Shown here: positions 37,894-54,939 of the stretch, piece after piece | Layout of the letters: every line of letters begins with the position of its first letter | How positions within the stretch are numbered: position 1 is the first letter of the stretch | Assembly (NCBI RefSeq): GCF_009914755.1 | Contig: NC_060932.1 | Strand: one strand, 5' to 3' | Origin: the human T2T-CHM13v2.0 reference genome, Homo sapiens | Length of the DNA: 64,000 nt | Notes under the pieces: generated by a model | Seen by the model: the letters and a program-made list of their open reading frames with translations, nothing else | Told to the model about the DNA's origin: nothing | The model's database searches: none | Position numbers and translations under genes: made by a program

Positions 37894-40569
37894 GAAGCTA
37901 GATATTTTTATCTTGCATGTAGAAATTCTTCAGCTTAAAAAAAAAAAAACAGATTTAGCCAGATTCTGGATTTTTTGTGTGGAGACGACCTGCAGCATAT
38001 TTTCCTCACCTCCCATTTCTGTTACCTGACTGCCCGTTCCCGGGTCACTAATGGCAGTGGAGTCTGAGTGACACTGCCTGCCTGCATGTCTCAGAACGGC
38101 TCCCTTTAGATGGCCTTCAGGTTTTCCCGCAGCACATCAGCAGGTGTCTGATGCCTGCTTCTGTGGGCGTCATCTCCCCTACTTCTCTCTGAGGAGGAAG
38201 GCAAGACATATCTCATCCCCTCAAGCCGGGTGAGTTTTGCATGAACACATCCTAAACATGGATGCCTTTGATCCGCTGCCGATGGACTTCCATGTTTCTG
38301 TGCTCTTCTATCCAATGGACCCCGTAGAATCGAATTACTCTCTGTGACTGATGTTGCCTTGAGTTCCTCAGCTGTGCCGCTATTGTGCCTCCTAAGTCCT
38401 CATCATTTTCCTTCACCCTTCCCTCCTAAATTGCCCACCTCATCTGCCTGCACGAACCCCAATATACCACAAGCGCTGATCAGAGAAGAGTATGCTCCAG
38501 GAAACACCTGAGGGACTGGTTTCCTCTCTTCACCGTTTTGACTCACATTATTATGACTTTGTAGGTGACATTGAGAAAGGTGACCCAATGGCAAATCATG
38601 AAGTATGTTTAAACAGCAATTAAGACTTTCCTCCCCTGAAATGGATCTCTCAGCTGCTACAACTATCTGTTTCTTTTTTTCTAAACAAGGAGCACTACCT
38701 GCCCTGATTTTGTTTTCTAATTCCTGGTCCATGCACTGCTAGTTGAGCCTGCCAGATAACACGATTTGGAGAATAAGGTAAATATTGCTGCTGATGTAGT
38801 AGGTTGGAATGAGCTAGGAAAGGAATAGTTAATACTGCTGAGCTGATGCTGGGCTGAGGAATTAGACTCCTCTACTAGGGAGAGAGGCAGGGCAGAGGCA
38901 AACATCCACAGGAGACTAACTTTTAAAGAAGGGCATCTCATTGGCTTGGTGAAGCAATCAGTGTGAGCAAGTGCTCAAGACCAATGAGGTGGTAACAGGG
39001 ACCCAAGAAAGAGGTAGAATCTTCAGCTTAATACGTTCCTGAACACTTAAGAAAAGCCCAGTGGCTGCTGTCATGCAGTTTAAGAAGCCTTGAGCCTTAG
39101 GGACAACAGGGACAAGAGAAATTTTATTTAGATCATGGGATTTAATTTTTACTTTATCTCCAAGAGGCAGTCTAGGGAGGCATCATTATCCTAGTATACA
39201 GATGAGGAAACAGGCTCTGAGAAATTAACATCTTGCCAAAAGACCCATAGCTTTTGAGAAGAGCAACAGTGATTCACACCCAATTTAAATACACACAAAA
39301 AAGCTGTTTCCCTCCAAATTTACTACTCTTTCTAGTAAAAATGATTATTGCTGTAACAAGCCAGTCTCATGTGTGTGCACATGCGCACACACACACTCAC
39401 ACACATACAGATAAATATTAATCATTGATTGGACCTGGACATTTGAAAATAAATTGTGAACCTACTTATTTTAACAAAAGCAATTTATTAATATATTGGT
39501 TTTCTATGAATGTTACCTCACTCTAATTTTGGGAAGTTAATTACCATGCACCTTTAGAATGCTGTTATTGCTATTCACTTTTCCACGAATTTCAAGGAAT
39601 CTGGTAAAGCCTGTGGTTTGTTGAACGTCTTGAAGCACAACCCTAGTATTTAGGTTTCTTGGAAGTTGCTACATAATTGAAATAATACAAAAAACACATA
39701 TAAAGTAGTTGGCTGAGAAAAATTCTATTTATAGGAGTGCGGAAAAGAACATTTTAATATGAAAAGATAATTTTAGGTTAAAGTTTTAGTCTGGTTTCTA
39801 CTAAGTAACAAGAAAATGTTGACCAAGAAGGAAAGATTTGTTAGGGGTTGGCAGTGGGGGAAGAAGGCAGGAGATTACAATACTTTTGATCAAAGAAAGA
39901 GGATTATGAAGGGGTCTTTCGATTATGCACATATTGTTGATGTCCCTTTGGGAATGCAGCATGGGGTCTGACCTAGGCAATGGGGTCCCTCACTTGTCTG
40001 CTCTATGGCCTGGGTAAGTTCCTTAAACTCTCTCTGCCTCTGCTCCATCACTAGTAAAATGGAGAAAATGATAGTACCTACTTCGTTGTGAAGATTATAT
40101 GGGATAATACTTTGGAAGAAAACACTTTTTCCAGGGTCCTGATCTGGCTAGTTAGTGGTACTGGGACTGGAGCTCTGTTAGACTACTTCCCAAGCTCATC
40201 CCGGATATATTCGTCTACTAACTTTTCCAGCCATGTGTCTTTCCTTTTTACAAATGAGGACTAACTTTGATCCCACTTGCTTTGTACTAAAATATGCCTA
40301 AGGATCTACAAAACAATACTTGCATTAGCTGGTGATGAATTATAAAGAACAAATCCTATGGGACCAACGAATAAAGAAGAAGGCAATAGAAAATGAAGGT
40401 CAAGGGTGAAGAGGGTGCTTCAGAAGGTTAAGTGTCACAAAGTAGGACTCAATCAATATTTTTTGAATGGATCAATAAGTGAATTCCATATATAGAGCTT
40501 AGATTGATTGTCAAAGGGGAGGAAAATCCCTTGGAGATTCTGTTATCAAAGTGTTTGCACCCCTTTGGG

Positions 40570-40790
40570 CCATAGCATAGTGGATAAGAGAACAGACTTT
40601 GGCTTCAACCTGCCTGGGTTGGAATCTTGGCTAATCATTAGTTTTATGATCTTGGGCAAATTACATATTCATTCGGTCCTCAGTTTTCTCATTTGTAAGT
40701 GGGGATGATGATAATGATGTATACCTAAGAAGGTGATATTGTGTTGATTAAATGAATTGTGATGTGTGTAATGTGCTTAGAATAGTAACT
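40570..40790 (+). mobile_element. MIR
   Basis: ctgggttggaatcttggct...ttgggcaaattac...cctcagttttctcatttgtaa core. Similar MIR cores lie near 21300, 36830, 39200, 40020, 41920, 43900 and 44230. Confidence 0.7.
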
Positions 40791-40793
40791 ATT

Positions 40794-41290
40794 TGTAATA
40801 TAGTGGGCTTTTGGTTTTTTTCTAGTGCTGTCTTGACCAATTTGAGGCCATGGCTAGAGGCTGATCAGTTCCCCTTCCTGAGCAGCCAGTTAAGTCCACA
40901 TATCCAAACACTTCACTTATTGAGTCCTCACACTCTGGGCTGCTCTATGCCCACCACAGTTACACCAGGGCCAGGTACCAGACAACCAGGGGCAGCCTCC
41001 AGGCCCTAGAGCCCCCTGAAGTTATTCAAATTAACCAGTCCTGAACATGCTTACCCTGCCTTGCCCATTCCTTCCTGAGGAAAACACATAAAGGCCCCCA
41101 CCACTGGCCCGACCTCCCTGCTTCATGAGTGACCCCAGTGCTCCCCTTCATGGTCCTGTAGGCTGTGCTGTGTTTGCCCCTGGGGACTGTGAGCAAAACA
41201 AAATGGAAATGCTCGATTCTGTTTCTTTCTCTCCATCTGCGTCTGGCCTCACCACACCGTACTCGAGGTAACATGGTTGAAACGCTACTC
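40794..41290. mobile_element. Probable old solo LTR, family uncertain
   Basis: TGT start and LTR-like composition. Ends and TSD not resolved. Confidence 0.35.
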
Positions 41291-41426
41291 AAAAGCTGAC
41301 CCATTGCTGTTAGGGTACCTGCTAGCTACGTAACAGATGGTAGCTACAATTTAGAGTATTTGTCAATAGTTAATGTGGAGTTAGAACAAATATCAACAGG
41401 CTAAGTCTAAGAGGAAATTTGATCTA

Positions 41427-41846
<420 letters not shown>

Positions 41847-42269
41847 TCACAAAACATAGAAAGTTAAGTTAAAGCTGGATATGATCTTAAAGATCATTTG
41901 GTTCAATCCTTTTGTTTTACAGACGAAGAAACAGGGACCTAGAGAGGGCCAGTAACTTGTTAAACATTGCACAACCAATGAGCTGCAAAGCCAGGAGTAG
42001 GCCGCTTTTCTACCACCTCCTGCCAGTGAATGAGTCTCCCGGAAACACAGCTGGGCAGCGCTGGGCTCAGGCTTCTCAGATCCCCACTTGCCTTGTTTAC
42101 ACTGTTCTCCCTTTTGAAGGTTACATAGTCTGATTTCTGACATGCAGAATCAAGCAGGAAACACATAGAGAGCTTGAGGGAAATTTATGACAAACTTCTA
42201 TCTGTAAAAGTGCATACAAGATGCAGTATTTTCTTTGGGAACAGAAGCAGAGAACACCAGTCAGCTTAC

Positions 42270-42590
42270 CTGATCAGCAACTCTGTAGACCTCTTGTCTG
42301 TTGCTACAGTCACACGTGTAGGGAAACACTTTCTTACCACCCTTTTCTTTGGCCAGTCGACACGTTTCCATATTGCCTTCTTGATTAACATCCCATAGAA
42401 CTAAAATGGCTCCAAACCTGGCAAAATATATAGCCAATTGCCTCCCAAGTCCACTTCCAGCTCCCGTTGTAAGTACAATCTCTCCAGCAACATTCTTTTT
42501 CTTCTTGGGAATTATCTTGTAAACCAAAGATTCCAAAAAGTAATATGGAAATTTTCCCAAAAGTACTGAGGTGTCTGCAATCACATCCAT
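42270..42590 (-). CDS. SDR16C6P: SDR16C6P coding exon 1 (aa 1-107): N-terminal hydrophobic segment and Rossmann TGxxxGxG
   Basis: MDVIADTS...[18 protein letters not shown]...LWDVN...[15 protein letters not shown]. Acceptor tttctgcag lies 9 nt upstream of the ATG (exon starts 42599); donor CAG|GTAAGC. Confidence 0.93.
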
Positions 42591-44832
42591 GTTTATTGAC
42601 TGCAGAAAGGAATGTTCTAATAAGGAAAAACGTAAGTGATAAATCCATGATACTATGGCAACTATTACAGTACACAGAGAACATTTTGCACAAAGAAATT
42701 TACCTTTGAGATTTACCTTTCATTCTCCAAAACATACAAATTAACAACAATTGACACAATTGTCAAACTTAAAATTTATATAAATAATGATTATGGAAAT
42801 ATTTTTTGTCAACAAGTACCTTTCCCTACAGGGCACTTGCTTACACTAATCTAATTTAACCCATAGGTAGGTCACAGATTACTAGGCCAATTTTACAGGT
42901 AAAGATATAAAATCTTCGAGCCTTGAGTTGCCCAGTATTATTTGACTAGTAAACTAAGACGTTGGAAGTACATCAAGTGCTCTCAGGGTTGCAGAACAGT
43001 TAAGTGGTGCCACTACAATCCCACAAAGGACTTGGACCCAGGGTTGTGTGGCAGGGAGTCTGGTTTTCAGTGGGATAGTGGAGACACTGAGAAAAATGGG
43101 CAGGGAGGATTGCATTTGAGTTTTAGCTAGAAGGCTGCCTCTAAGAACAAGGAGAAAGGGTATTACAGCTTCCCCTTGTTAACTTATTGAAAATATTAAC
43201 TATATTCTAAAAGGTATTCTCCTTGGAAAATTTTAGGGACTTAGAGTGTTCACTTGGAGATTTCAAGCTTACAATCATCAAAAAGATTAAGCCATGAAAA
43301 ATTCACTCTCTTCTCTAAGCTTATATAGACTTTTCTGATTCAAGCACAACCCTAGAAACATATAGTACATTACAATGATGAAACGAAGCTGTATCTTATC
43401 ACCTATAAAAAAATACAGGTATTATGGAGAAGGCATTCTGGGCCACAGGATTTTTGTGTGGAGAACAAGAGAGAATTGGGACTTTCCTCATAACTTTTCT
43501 GTATAAGAAAGTCTGTTTTCAAGGTAGATGATTTATCTTGAAAGAAATTCAAGTAGCTTTCTATGAAAATCACTAAATTGCAGCAACATATTGTTATGCT
43601 TTGGGACCACTTTGAGGACAAGAGTTTTGACATTTCTTCAAACCTGAACTAATAGCTCACACCCTCAGACCACTGAAAGTGTTCAATTTTGGAATAAAAG
43701 AAAAAAGTACAAATAAGCCTTGATAGAGAGAGTGCTGGCCAGAAAAGACAATTATTCCTATGCAGGTCCTGGGGCGGCTGTGGCAACCAGGCAGTTAGAA
43801 AAAAAAAAATCGTGAAGCATTCCCATGAGCAAACACTTAAGTGCTAAATGGCACCATGTGCTTATTTCATTCTCAGAATAGCCCTGTGGGGTAACTATGA
43901 GGCTTAAATGGGGACATAACTTGCTGAGGGTTGCACCATTTGTAGGTAGAAGTGGGATTTGAGCCCAGATTCTATGATTCCAGAACTCCTTTTCTTTTGA
44001 CTACTACACATGTAACTCCCCAAATGACTTCAGTTAACTGGGCCTTGAATCACAAGGATCGTCTTTCATTTTTCAGGCATGTACTGAGTGCTTCAGGTTG
44101 AAGAATAGGCCATGAGAATGGAGGAAGTATTAGTACCATGTTCACCCACATTATGTAGGGTGGAATGAGTAGGATTCACTCTGGAGACGTGGACTCAACT
44201 GCTGGCCCTGCCACCGACCAGTTGAGGGCTTTGGGCAAGGTTTGCCTTTGTGAGCCTCTGGGTATTTGTCTGCGAAGTTGGCATGATATTTAACTCCCAG
44301 AAATGCTATACATTTTCAAATATCAAATGTAACAAAGCATTTTATAAATTGTAAAATGCCATGCAAATATTAGCTTCTATCACTTGCACAGGAGCCTCTT
44401 TGATGATGACACTGAGTTTGCAGCCAGCTGGCCATAAAGATGCCAAACACGCAGGCATGGGAAGCTTTTCTCTACTGTTTAGCGTTGTGCCTCAACTATG
44501 AAATTGCTGAGGAGGGCATGGGAGACGAGTTTGTTGACAGGTGTAGGGCTCCACTGAGGGGCCAGGACAGGAATTCAGGCACATGTGTGTGGCACACACA
44601 AGCACGTTCCCTCCACTATCTCTTGGCTTTCTCTCATGTCCTTAACCACCTCTTCTCAACTTGCCAAAAGCCACGCTAGCGAACAACAATTAGAAAAGAG
44701 GAATAAAGAGATGATCATAGAATGACTTCACACCCCTATTTAGAAATTGCACTAAATCATGCTCAGAGAAACTCATTCTCAGCTGCAGACACTTAGAATG
44801 TTCTCCTGAATGGCTAAATAAATGAATCTTAC

Positions 44833-44926
44833 CTGCAGAAATGCTGCACTCTGGTAGCACGGGCGTCCTTACAGGGGCTGAAGCAAACACCACTCATGTC
44901 GGTAGCTAAAAGCTCGCTCTTAAATA
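44833..44926 (-). promoter_or_regulatory. Candidate TATA-like promoter and short non-coding first exon of SDR16C6P
   Basis: Minus strand: TATTTAAG at 44926-44919, then ~85 nt of unique sequence ending in a consensus donor CAG|GTAAGA (exon end 44833). The first coding exon has its own acceptor, so an upstream exon is required. Confidence 0.35.
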
Positions 44927-45462
44927 ACTTTGGGTTTACTATTTCTCCCACAACTTCTGAGATCTGTCTGTGTGCAAGATAAAGGAGTGTCAACCATGAG
45001 AATTTGCCTGGGCTTCACTTGTGCTTGTATTAGTGCAATATATGGCATACAGCCTGCACTTTCAACTCCCAAAGTGGCCTGGAGGAAAGGTGCGTCCTGT
45101 GAAGTAATTTATAGGCATAACACTGGTTTTATGTCAGGCTTCCCGTGGGTATCTTGAAATCTTTATTTCTACACTGAGGACACAAACACCTCCTTAGTTC
45201 TGTTAGGAAAATGTGAAACACAGTTGCAGCATCATCTAAACAAGTTGATTGTCAGGATTCAATATTTTCTCCCAATTTGTATTATGAAAACTTATCAATA
45301 CAGAAAACTTTGGGAAATGGCACATAAATGTTCTAAGAACCCAAACTTGAACCAAACAGTCAAGCCAAACATTTTACCTTTTTTTTTTTTCAACAGATTC
45401 ATCAATAATCATCTCACTCCCCAGCTCAAAAATATTGAGACTTCCAAATGCACTAAGAATAA

Positions 45463-47830
<2,368 letters not shown>

Positions 47831-48794
47831 CAGGTATCATTTTGCTGTATTTTTTTAATAGTCTTTCTTGCAATGGAGGATTCTAAAGAAAAGAATGACT
47901 CTCACCATGTGGATTTGTTATGCTTTGTGCCTCTCAGGGACTCACAGAAAGCTACATGTAACTGACTGTTACTCCATCATTTTGTATGCCTCATAAAACC
48001 TAGCCAATGTCTTGCATATGACAAGCATTCAGTAATTATTTATTGAATTTAATTTAATTTAAGAATGAGTCTCAAATGCTATCATGGATGTGGTCAATGA
48101 ACTCTCAGTGTACTTACAAGTTCCTGGAAAACAAAAATGATATGAATCAAATATATAATGGCAGAAGAGAAATATTTTGAAATACTTTTAAGATTAACAT
48201 CCCATAATTACTGCTTTACATATCTCTCTCCTCCACTAGACTATGAATTTCTCAAGGGGAAGGACTGGACAAATTAACTTTGTATTCCTGGTACCCAATG
48301 AGGGGTAAAACTCACAATCAATTCTTCATAAATATTTGCTGAATCCACGAAATAAAGTTGTAAGATTGGTTCATTGTTGGACTTTTTTTTTTCTTCTGTC
48401 ATTCTAGTATGTCTTTTTAAGCCTGTGGCTTCCTTTCTTAGGTTCACCATGTGGCTGCTGGTGTTCAACAATCACATTTAAGTTCCAACCAGGAAGAAGG
48501 GGAAGGCAAAAAGCAAAAAGAGCATTTTCCCCAAAGCCTGCTTCTGCTACTTCTGCTTTTAGCTTCACGACCACTGTCATCTGCAGAGGAAGTTGAGAAA
48601 TGTCATCTCTTAGCTGGGCATATTGCTCCTCCAATAACATTAGCATTCTGTTACTAGGTAAGCAGGGGTAGTATTCTGGCAAGATCAGTTTGGGGCAAAA
48701 TTTCCTATTTTTCTATTTTGAAATCCTTAGTAGAGTTGTCTTCCCTCTAGTTGAATTCATCCTTCCAATTTCTCTTCTGAGAAAATAATACTTT

Positions 48795-49022
48795 GATACA
48801 CACATCTATATACACATATGTGTACATATATACACATACACAGACATGTACACAAATGCATATATGTATATATTTGCATTGTGTTATATATGCACATAGA
48901 AATATATGTTTCTATACATATGCACATAAAAGCATATATGTATTTATATCCACCATCCCTGTATACACTCACATATACATACACACATATACACACACAT
49001 ACACACACACACACACACACAC
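48795..49022. repeat. Compound (TA/CA)n low-complexity microsatellite
   Basis: Seen directly; ends in a pure (CA)n run. Confidence 0.9.
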
Positions 49023-50759
49023 CTTTTTGTCATAGCTCTCTGGGAGTTCTCTGGGATTGACTGGGATTGATGTTGAGGAAAAGGTGTGAAAGATCAGAAC
49101 GAATAAGTGCAGGGAATAGAATTAGACAGGACTCTCTTCTACAATGTCCAGGGGCAGTTTTGATTAGTACAGTACTAGATATTCTTACTCAGGTTTTTGC
49201 TTGTTTATTCAGTAATCACTGAACTTACACTATAAGCATGTATTCCAAATAATCATTTTGTTTTCTCTTGTAATCACTGATGTCAGGTGCCAAGTGTCTG
49301 CCCTGCAATAGTGGGCATGACATTTGGGGAGCCCACTGTCCAGCTGCAAAGGAGGCCTGAGCTTAGCTAGGCCTCTGGACACTGCTGATCAGAAGAGCGA
49401 GTGCACAGGTGGATGCGCTATCTATGCGCCTTTGTCTGTCTTCATACCTTTGGCCATGGGAGGTTTGTTCTCAAAACCCCGTTCCTGCCAAAAACTTTTG
49501 TATTTGCTACTGACAGTTTAATCATCAATTCATCATAGCACACCTACATCCCATACAGCCATGAGGAACACAAGACCCAGGTGAAGAAACAGCACTTTAT
49601 TTCTCTAGAGTTGAATTGTCTTAGCTCTCAAGGCTCCATTTCTACTTACGGCAGATGATTAATCTTACCATTTCCAAGTTATTCCTTATGTCTTCTAGGT
49701 TAAAGCCTAGTCTTTTTTGGATAGATAAGTCAAAATTCTACACTCTGCCTCATTCCATTGGGTGGCATTAAGGCATTGCAGGAAGGCACAGGTCTTCTTG
49801 GTTGACTTTCTCTGTGGCTTTTGATGTTGATGTCACCCTCCTTTTCACTCTTTGTGGACTTCTACATCACAGTGTCTGCTGCTGGGATTTCCACCCTGTT
49901 CTGCTTTCCAGGGGCCAGGTCATGCATGTCACTCTGCCTGCTCTGCCCATCAGCAATTTCTTTGCTATCCTCTCTGAGTTCCTGCTAGGCCTTTCCCTAA
50001 AAAATGTGGTGGTTGGCTAATGATGCCCTGTCCATGTAGTGGCCCATTGCACTTGCAGATTCTGTGTTCCTTCCTTTCCTTGGCTGAGTCTTCTAGGGTA
50101 TACATTAAGAAGCTCATAAAATGTTTGTGTTTCAAATTTGTGTCTTCCAAAGTCTTGCTTTGCAACTCAAATCCCTGTTTTTGACCCTTTGCTCTGGTTA
50201 ATTTTTTAAATCATATTTTTGCTTGGTCAATACATCTCAGGCACAGGACATCCCACTAGGAGCACTACATTGGGTAATGTTTCATAGGACCTTTCTGTGT
50301 AATCCCTTGAGAGTCAGTGGGTCACTGCTGGTCACCTGAGCAGGCATGCACAGACTGACGGCTGACTTGACTATGCCTCTCAGATTTTACTATAATCTTT
50401 CAATTGTTAACTGTGAGGTAACATTTCACATGAAGAAAAACTTAGGAGCGACACTATGAAAGCCTCATTATGCTGACCTCTGCCCTAGCCCTGGAGTAGG
50501 AATGCAGAAGATTAAACATCAGAGGCAGAAACATTCAATGAAAGGAGGAATCCAAACCCAGATGAGGTTGCCTCCTGTCCAAAGAGGAGCCAGCATCCTC
50601 AGCAAAGCTTTTAGTTCCAGAGAATATAGAGCTTTTGACCCAGACCCAGATGCATTTCAGTGGCTGGGTTAGGGGTCTAGCAAACTTAATAAGGGTTTGG
50701 GGTTTGCTCTAAGCAGCTAGGGCTGTGCTTTCTGCTTAATAAAACAGCCAGTAGCCATC

Positions 50760-52511
50760 TGCTATGGTCTGAATATTCCCCAATATTTTTATACTGGTAC
50801 TTAATCGCCAAAGTGATAGTATTGAGGTGGAGGCATTAAGAGGTGATCAGATCATGAGGGCTCCACCCTCATGAATGGATTAGAGCCCTTATAAAAGGGC
50901 TCTAGAAAACTAACTAACTTGTTTTTCATTTTTGCCCTTTCTGTCTTTTCTGCCATGTGAGGACACAGCATTTATTTCCTCCAGAAGATACAGAACAAGG
51001 CACTATCTTGAAAGCTGAGAGTGGCAGCCCTCACTAGACACTGAATCTGCTGGTGCCTTGTTCTTGGGCTTCCCAGCATCCATACCTGTGAGAAAAACAT
51101 TTCTATTATTTATCAATTACTCAGTCTAGGATTTGTCATAGAAGCATAAGTGGACTAAGAGAGAAATTGGTACCAAGAATTGGGATATTGTTAATAACAA
51201 ATACTTGAAAATGTGAAAGTGGCTTTGGAACTTGGTAATGGGTAGAGGCTGGAACTGTTTGAAAGTGCATGCTAGGCTGGGCACGGTGGCTCACGCCTGT
51301 AATCCCAGCACTTTGGGAGACCGAGACAGGTGGATCACGAGGTCAGGAGTTGAAGAAAAGCCTGGTCAAGATGGTGAAGCCCCGTCTCTACTAAAAATAC
51401 AAAAATTAGCTGGGCATGGTGGTGGGCAGCTGTAACCCCAGCTACTCAGGAGGCTGAGGCAGAGAATTGCTTGAACCTGGGAGGCGGAGGTTGCAGTGAA
51501 CTGAGATCGCGCCACTGCACTCCAGCCTGGGGGACAGAGTGAGACTCTGTCTCAAAAAAAAAAAAAAAAATGCATGCTAGAACAAGGCTAAATTGCTGTG
51601 AGCAGAGTGTTAAGGGTGATTTTGGTGAGAGCTCAGAAGAAGAGGAAGAGGTCTTCTTAGAGATTGTCTAAGTGATTGTGATCAGAATGTTGGTAGAAAT
51701 ATAGACAGGAAAGGCGATTCTGATAAGGTCTTAGATGAAAATTAGGAATATGTTATTGGAAATTAGACAAAAGGTCATTCTTTTTACAAAATGGCAAGTA
51801 ACTTGACTGAATTGTGTCTGTGCTTTGGGGAAAGCAGAACTTGCAAGCAATGAACTGTGATATTTGGCAGAGGAAATCTCCAAGTTAAGTGTTCAGGCTG
51901 CTGCATGGCTTCTCTTGATGGCTTATGATAAAATGCAAGAAGAGAAGATGAATTAAATATGGAATTTATAATCCTAAAATACACAGATATTAAAGAGTTG
52001 GAAATATCTCAGCCTAGCCATGTAGTAAAAAAAAGAAAAAAAAGGCTTGTTTGGGGGAAAATACTAATGGCGGCTGGCAAACTACAATATTATTCATCAA
52101 GACAGTGGGAGAATGACCCAAAAGGCATTTCAGAGATATTTGAGGCTGCCACTCCCATCACAGGGCCAGAATACCAAGATTTTGAGGGCACAGTGGTTTC
52201 AAGGGAGGGGCCCAGGGCACCAGTGGGACCTTACAGCTCTCTGTCCAGGCCTGCCTCAAGTCTCTGCTTCATATATTCTGGTGCAGCACTCCCAGGCTGC
52301 CCCAGCTGTGTCTCAAGCAGGCCCAAATGTTGCTGGGGTTGCCGCTACAGATGGCTCAAGCAGTAAACCTTGGCAGCATCTGTGTAGTGCCAAATCTTTA
52401 GGTGGGCAGAGTATATGAGCTGTGGAGGCATGGCTACCTCCACCTTGAAATAAATCTCTGTTGCTTGTAAATTACCCAGTCTCAGATAATTTGTTATAAT
52501 GGACTAAGACA
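50760..52511 (+). mobile_element. MaLR (MST/MLT1A-type): 5' LTR (~50760-51160), internal sequence and truncated 3' LTR, with an Alu at 51275-51570
   Basis: tgctatggtctgaat...ggactaaga LTR; internal gaaaatgtgaaagtggctttggaact; second LTR end ...aatggactaagaca. Confidence 0.75.
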
Positions 52512-52519
52512 TGAAGATC

Positions 52520-53290
52520 AAGCAATTTCTTTAGCTGAGTTTTAGAAGAAACGTGACACACAATTGGAAACGTTCAGGCATCAAGGCAGGAAGCAACAGT
52601 GCATGATACGAGTTCAAGATGATGAAAACTCTTACTGTGCTGTGCAAATAGCCGCAGGATTTGAAGTGAATGTAAATAGAGCAATAGAAGAAATAGCTGG
52701 CTGGGAATGGGAACACTGCTATTATTGGAGAGACTCCAGCTATGTGTTCAGGGGAACTCAGTGAAGGGTACTTACCAACATAAGTGAGAAAGGGGGTTGT
52801 GACAAAAAGGATAAATATGTCCCAGAGGAAATGATGCCATCAAAAAACCTCGCATACAGAATTCTCAGAGGTAATTTTATGATGTCAAAAGCACAATGCA
52901 TAAAATATTAAAAGCTGATCCAAACTTAGAAAGGTGTGGGAAAATTCAAGAAAGCATAGGAAAGATGCTTTTCCCATATGGTAAGTTACATGATGAGAAG
53001 ACAAGCATGGGTGGAACTTAATACATGCTTTACAAAGAAATAAAACACTTTAATTCTCAATGTTTCAAGTGTTTTAAATTACTTTGTACAAAGTAAATAC
53101 TAGTTCTACTATTTTTAAGTTTCCTCATACATTTATAACCAATGGTAATAGAGCTTTTAATGTTTTGGCAAAAATTTTTAATGGTTATGGCATAATTGTA
53201 ATATTTCCCATTTACGGTTGAGATTGTTTTATATGCTTACAACTTGCACTGAAATTTTTTGGGTCATTTTTATGGTCTTGCACTACTTTT
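52520..53290. mobile_element. Tigger-like (TcMar) DNA transposon relic
   Basis: Recalled similarity only (gaagctgatccaaacttagaaagg-type motif); no TIRs confirmed. Confidence 0.4.
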
Positions 53291-53662
53291 GCTATGCTTT
53301 CAATGTTTGTTGCCTCCCAAAATCATATTAAAATTCAATTGCCATTGTAATAGTATTGAGAGGTGGGACCTTTAAGAGGCAATTCAGCTGCGAGGGGCTT
53401 TGCCCTCATGAGTGCATTAATGCCATTATCACAGGAGTGGAATTCTTATAAAAAGATGAATCTGTCCCCCTCTTGCCTCTCTCTTTCACTCTCTCTTTGC
53501 CCTTATGCCATGTCAGGATGAAGTAAGAGGGCCTTTGCCAGATGATGATGGCTCAATCCTGGACTTCCCGCCCTCTAGAACTGTGAGCCAATACATTTCT
53601 GTTTATCGTAAATTACCCACTCTATGGTATTCTGTTACAGCAGCACAAAATGAACTAAGGCA
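53290..53662 (+). mobile_element. MST-type MaLR solo LTR
   Basis: tgctatgc...gaggtgggacctttaagagg...ctagaactgtgagccaatac...gaactaaggca. Confidence 0.7.
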
Positions 53663-53716
53663 AATGGGCAAAATGAGGAATGTCATTATGTAATAATATC
53701 TCATTGTATGTTTCTA

Positions 53717-53840
53717 TTTTTTTTTAAGAGATGGAGTCTCACTGTAGTGTCCAGGCTGGGCATGAACTCCTGGATTCAAACAATCCTCCCACCTCAGCCT
53801 CCCAAGTAGTTGGGACTACAAGTGCATACCACTGTGCCCA
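53717..53840 (-). mobile_element. Alu monomer (FLAM-like)
   Basis: Single arm with a T tract. Confidence 0.75.
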
Positions 53841-54082
53841 GTGTGTTTTTTAAATTTTGAGATAATTTAAAACTTATAGAAAATTTGTGAAATTGTTACA
53901 GAGAACTCCCCTATCTCTTTCTTTCTATGTATATGTACATAATAATAACACATATATATTTTTCATCCATTATTATTTTTCTTTTTCTGCATGATGTCTC
54001 ATTGCATTATTGCCACCTAATCCTCCACTGTGTGTTTCCACAAAACAAGGACACTCCTGCAAAACCACAATACAACCATTTA

Positions 54083-54508
<426 letters not shown>

Positions 54509-54939
54509 TCATATTGATATTATTTGAAAATATAAACGTCAAGATATTTAAAAAATATATATTACCTGGCTCTGCCACCTAAAAGCCTAGAATTTATTAC
54601 TGCCCCAGTAGTAACAAATTGGATTGTTTTTTTGCTTGTAGTTGACATTCTTTTTAATCTCCCTTACTCTGAAACCATTCCTCAGTCTTTTCTGGGTTTC
54701 CACGGAAACCCAGGAAAATTTTGGCTTTCCAAAATTCCGTGACCTTGGCAATTTTACAAAGTGCAGTCCTTTTACTCTGTAGGAAGACCCTCAGCATGGG
54801 TCCATCCAATGTGTCCTCATGTCCAGATATAGGTCATTCAAGCATTTTTGAAAGGAATACCCAGAAATGACAATCCTTCCTCCACCTCAACCCTGACCCT
54901 GCCATCAACTTCTCATCTCACCTCACTCCTGGCGCCTCT

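Noticed and set aside
43395-43420. Acceptor-like tttttttatag| upstream of coding exon 1
   Set aside because: No convincing partner donor or coding homology identified, so it cannot be supported as an exon.
48757-49060. His/Thr/Tyr- and Cys/Val-rich ORFs
   Set aside because: Translations of the (TA/CA)n microsatellite.
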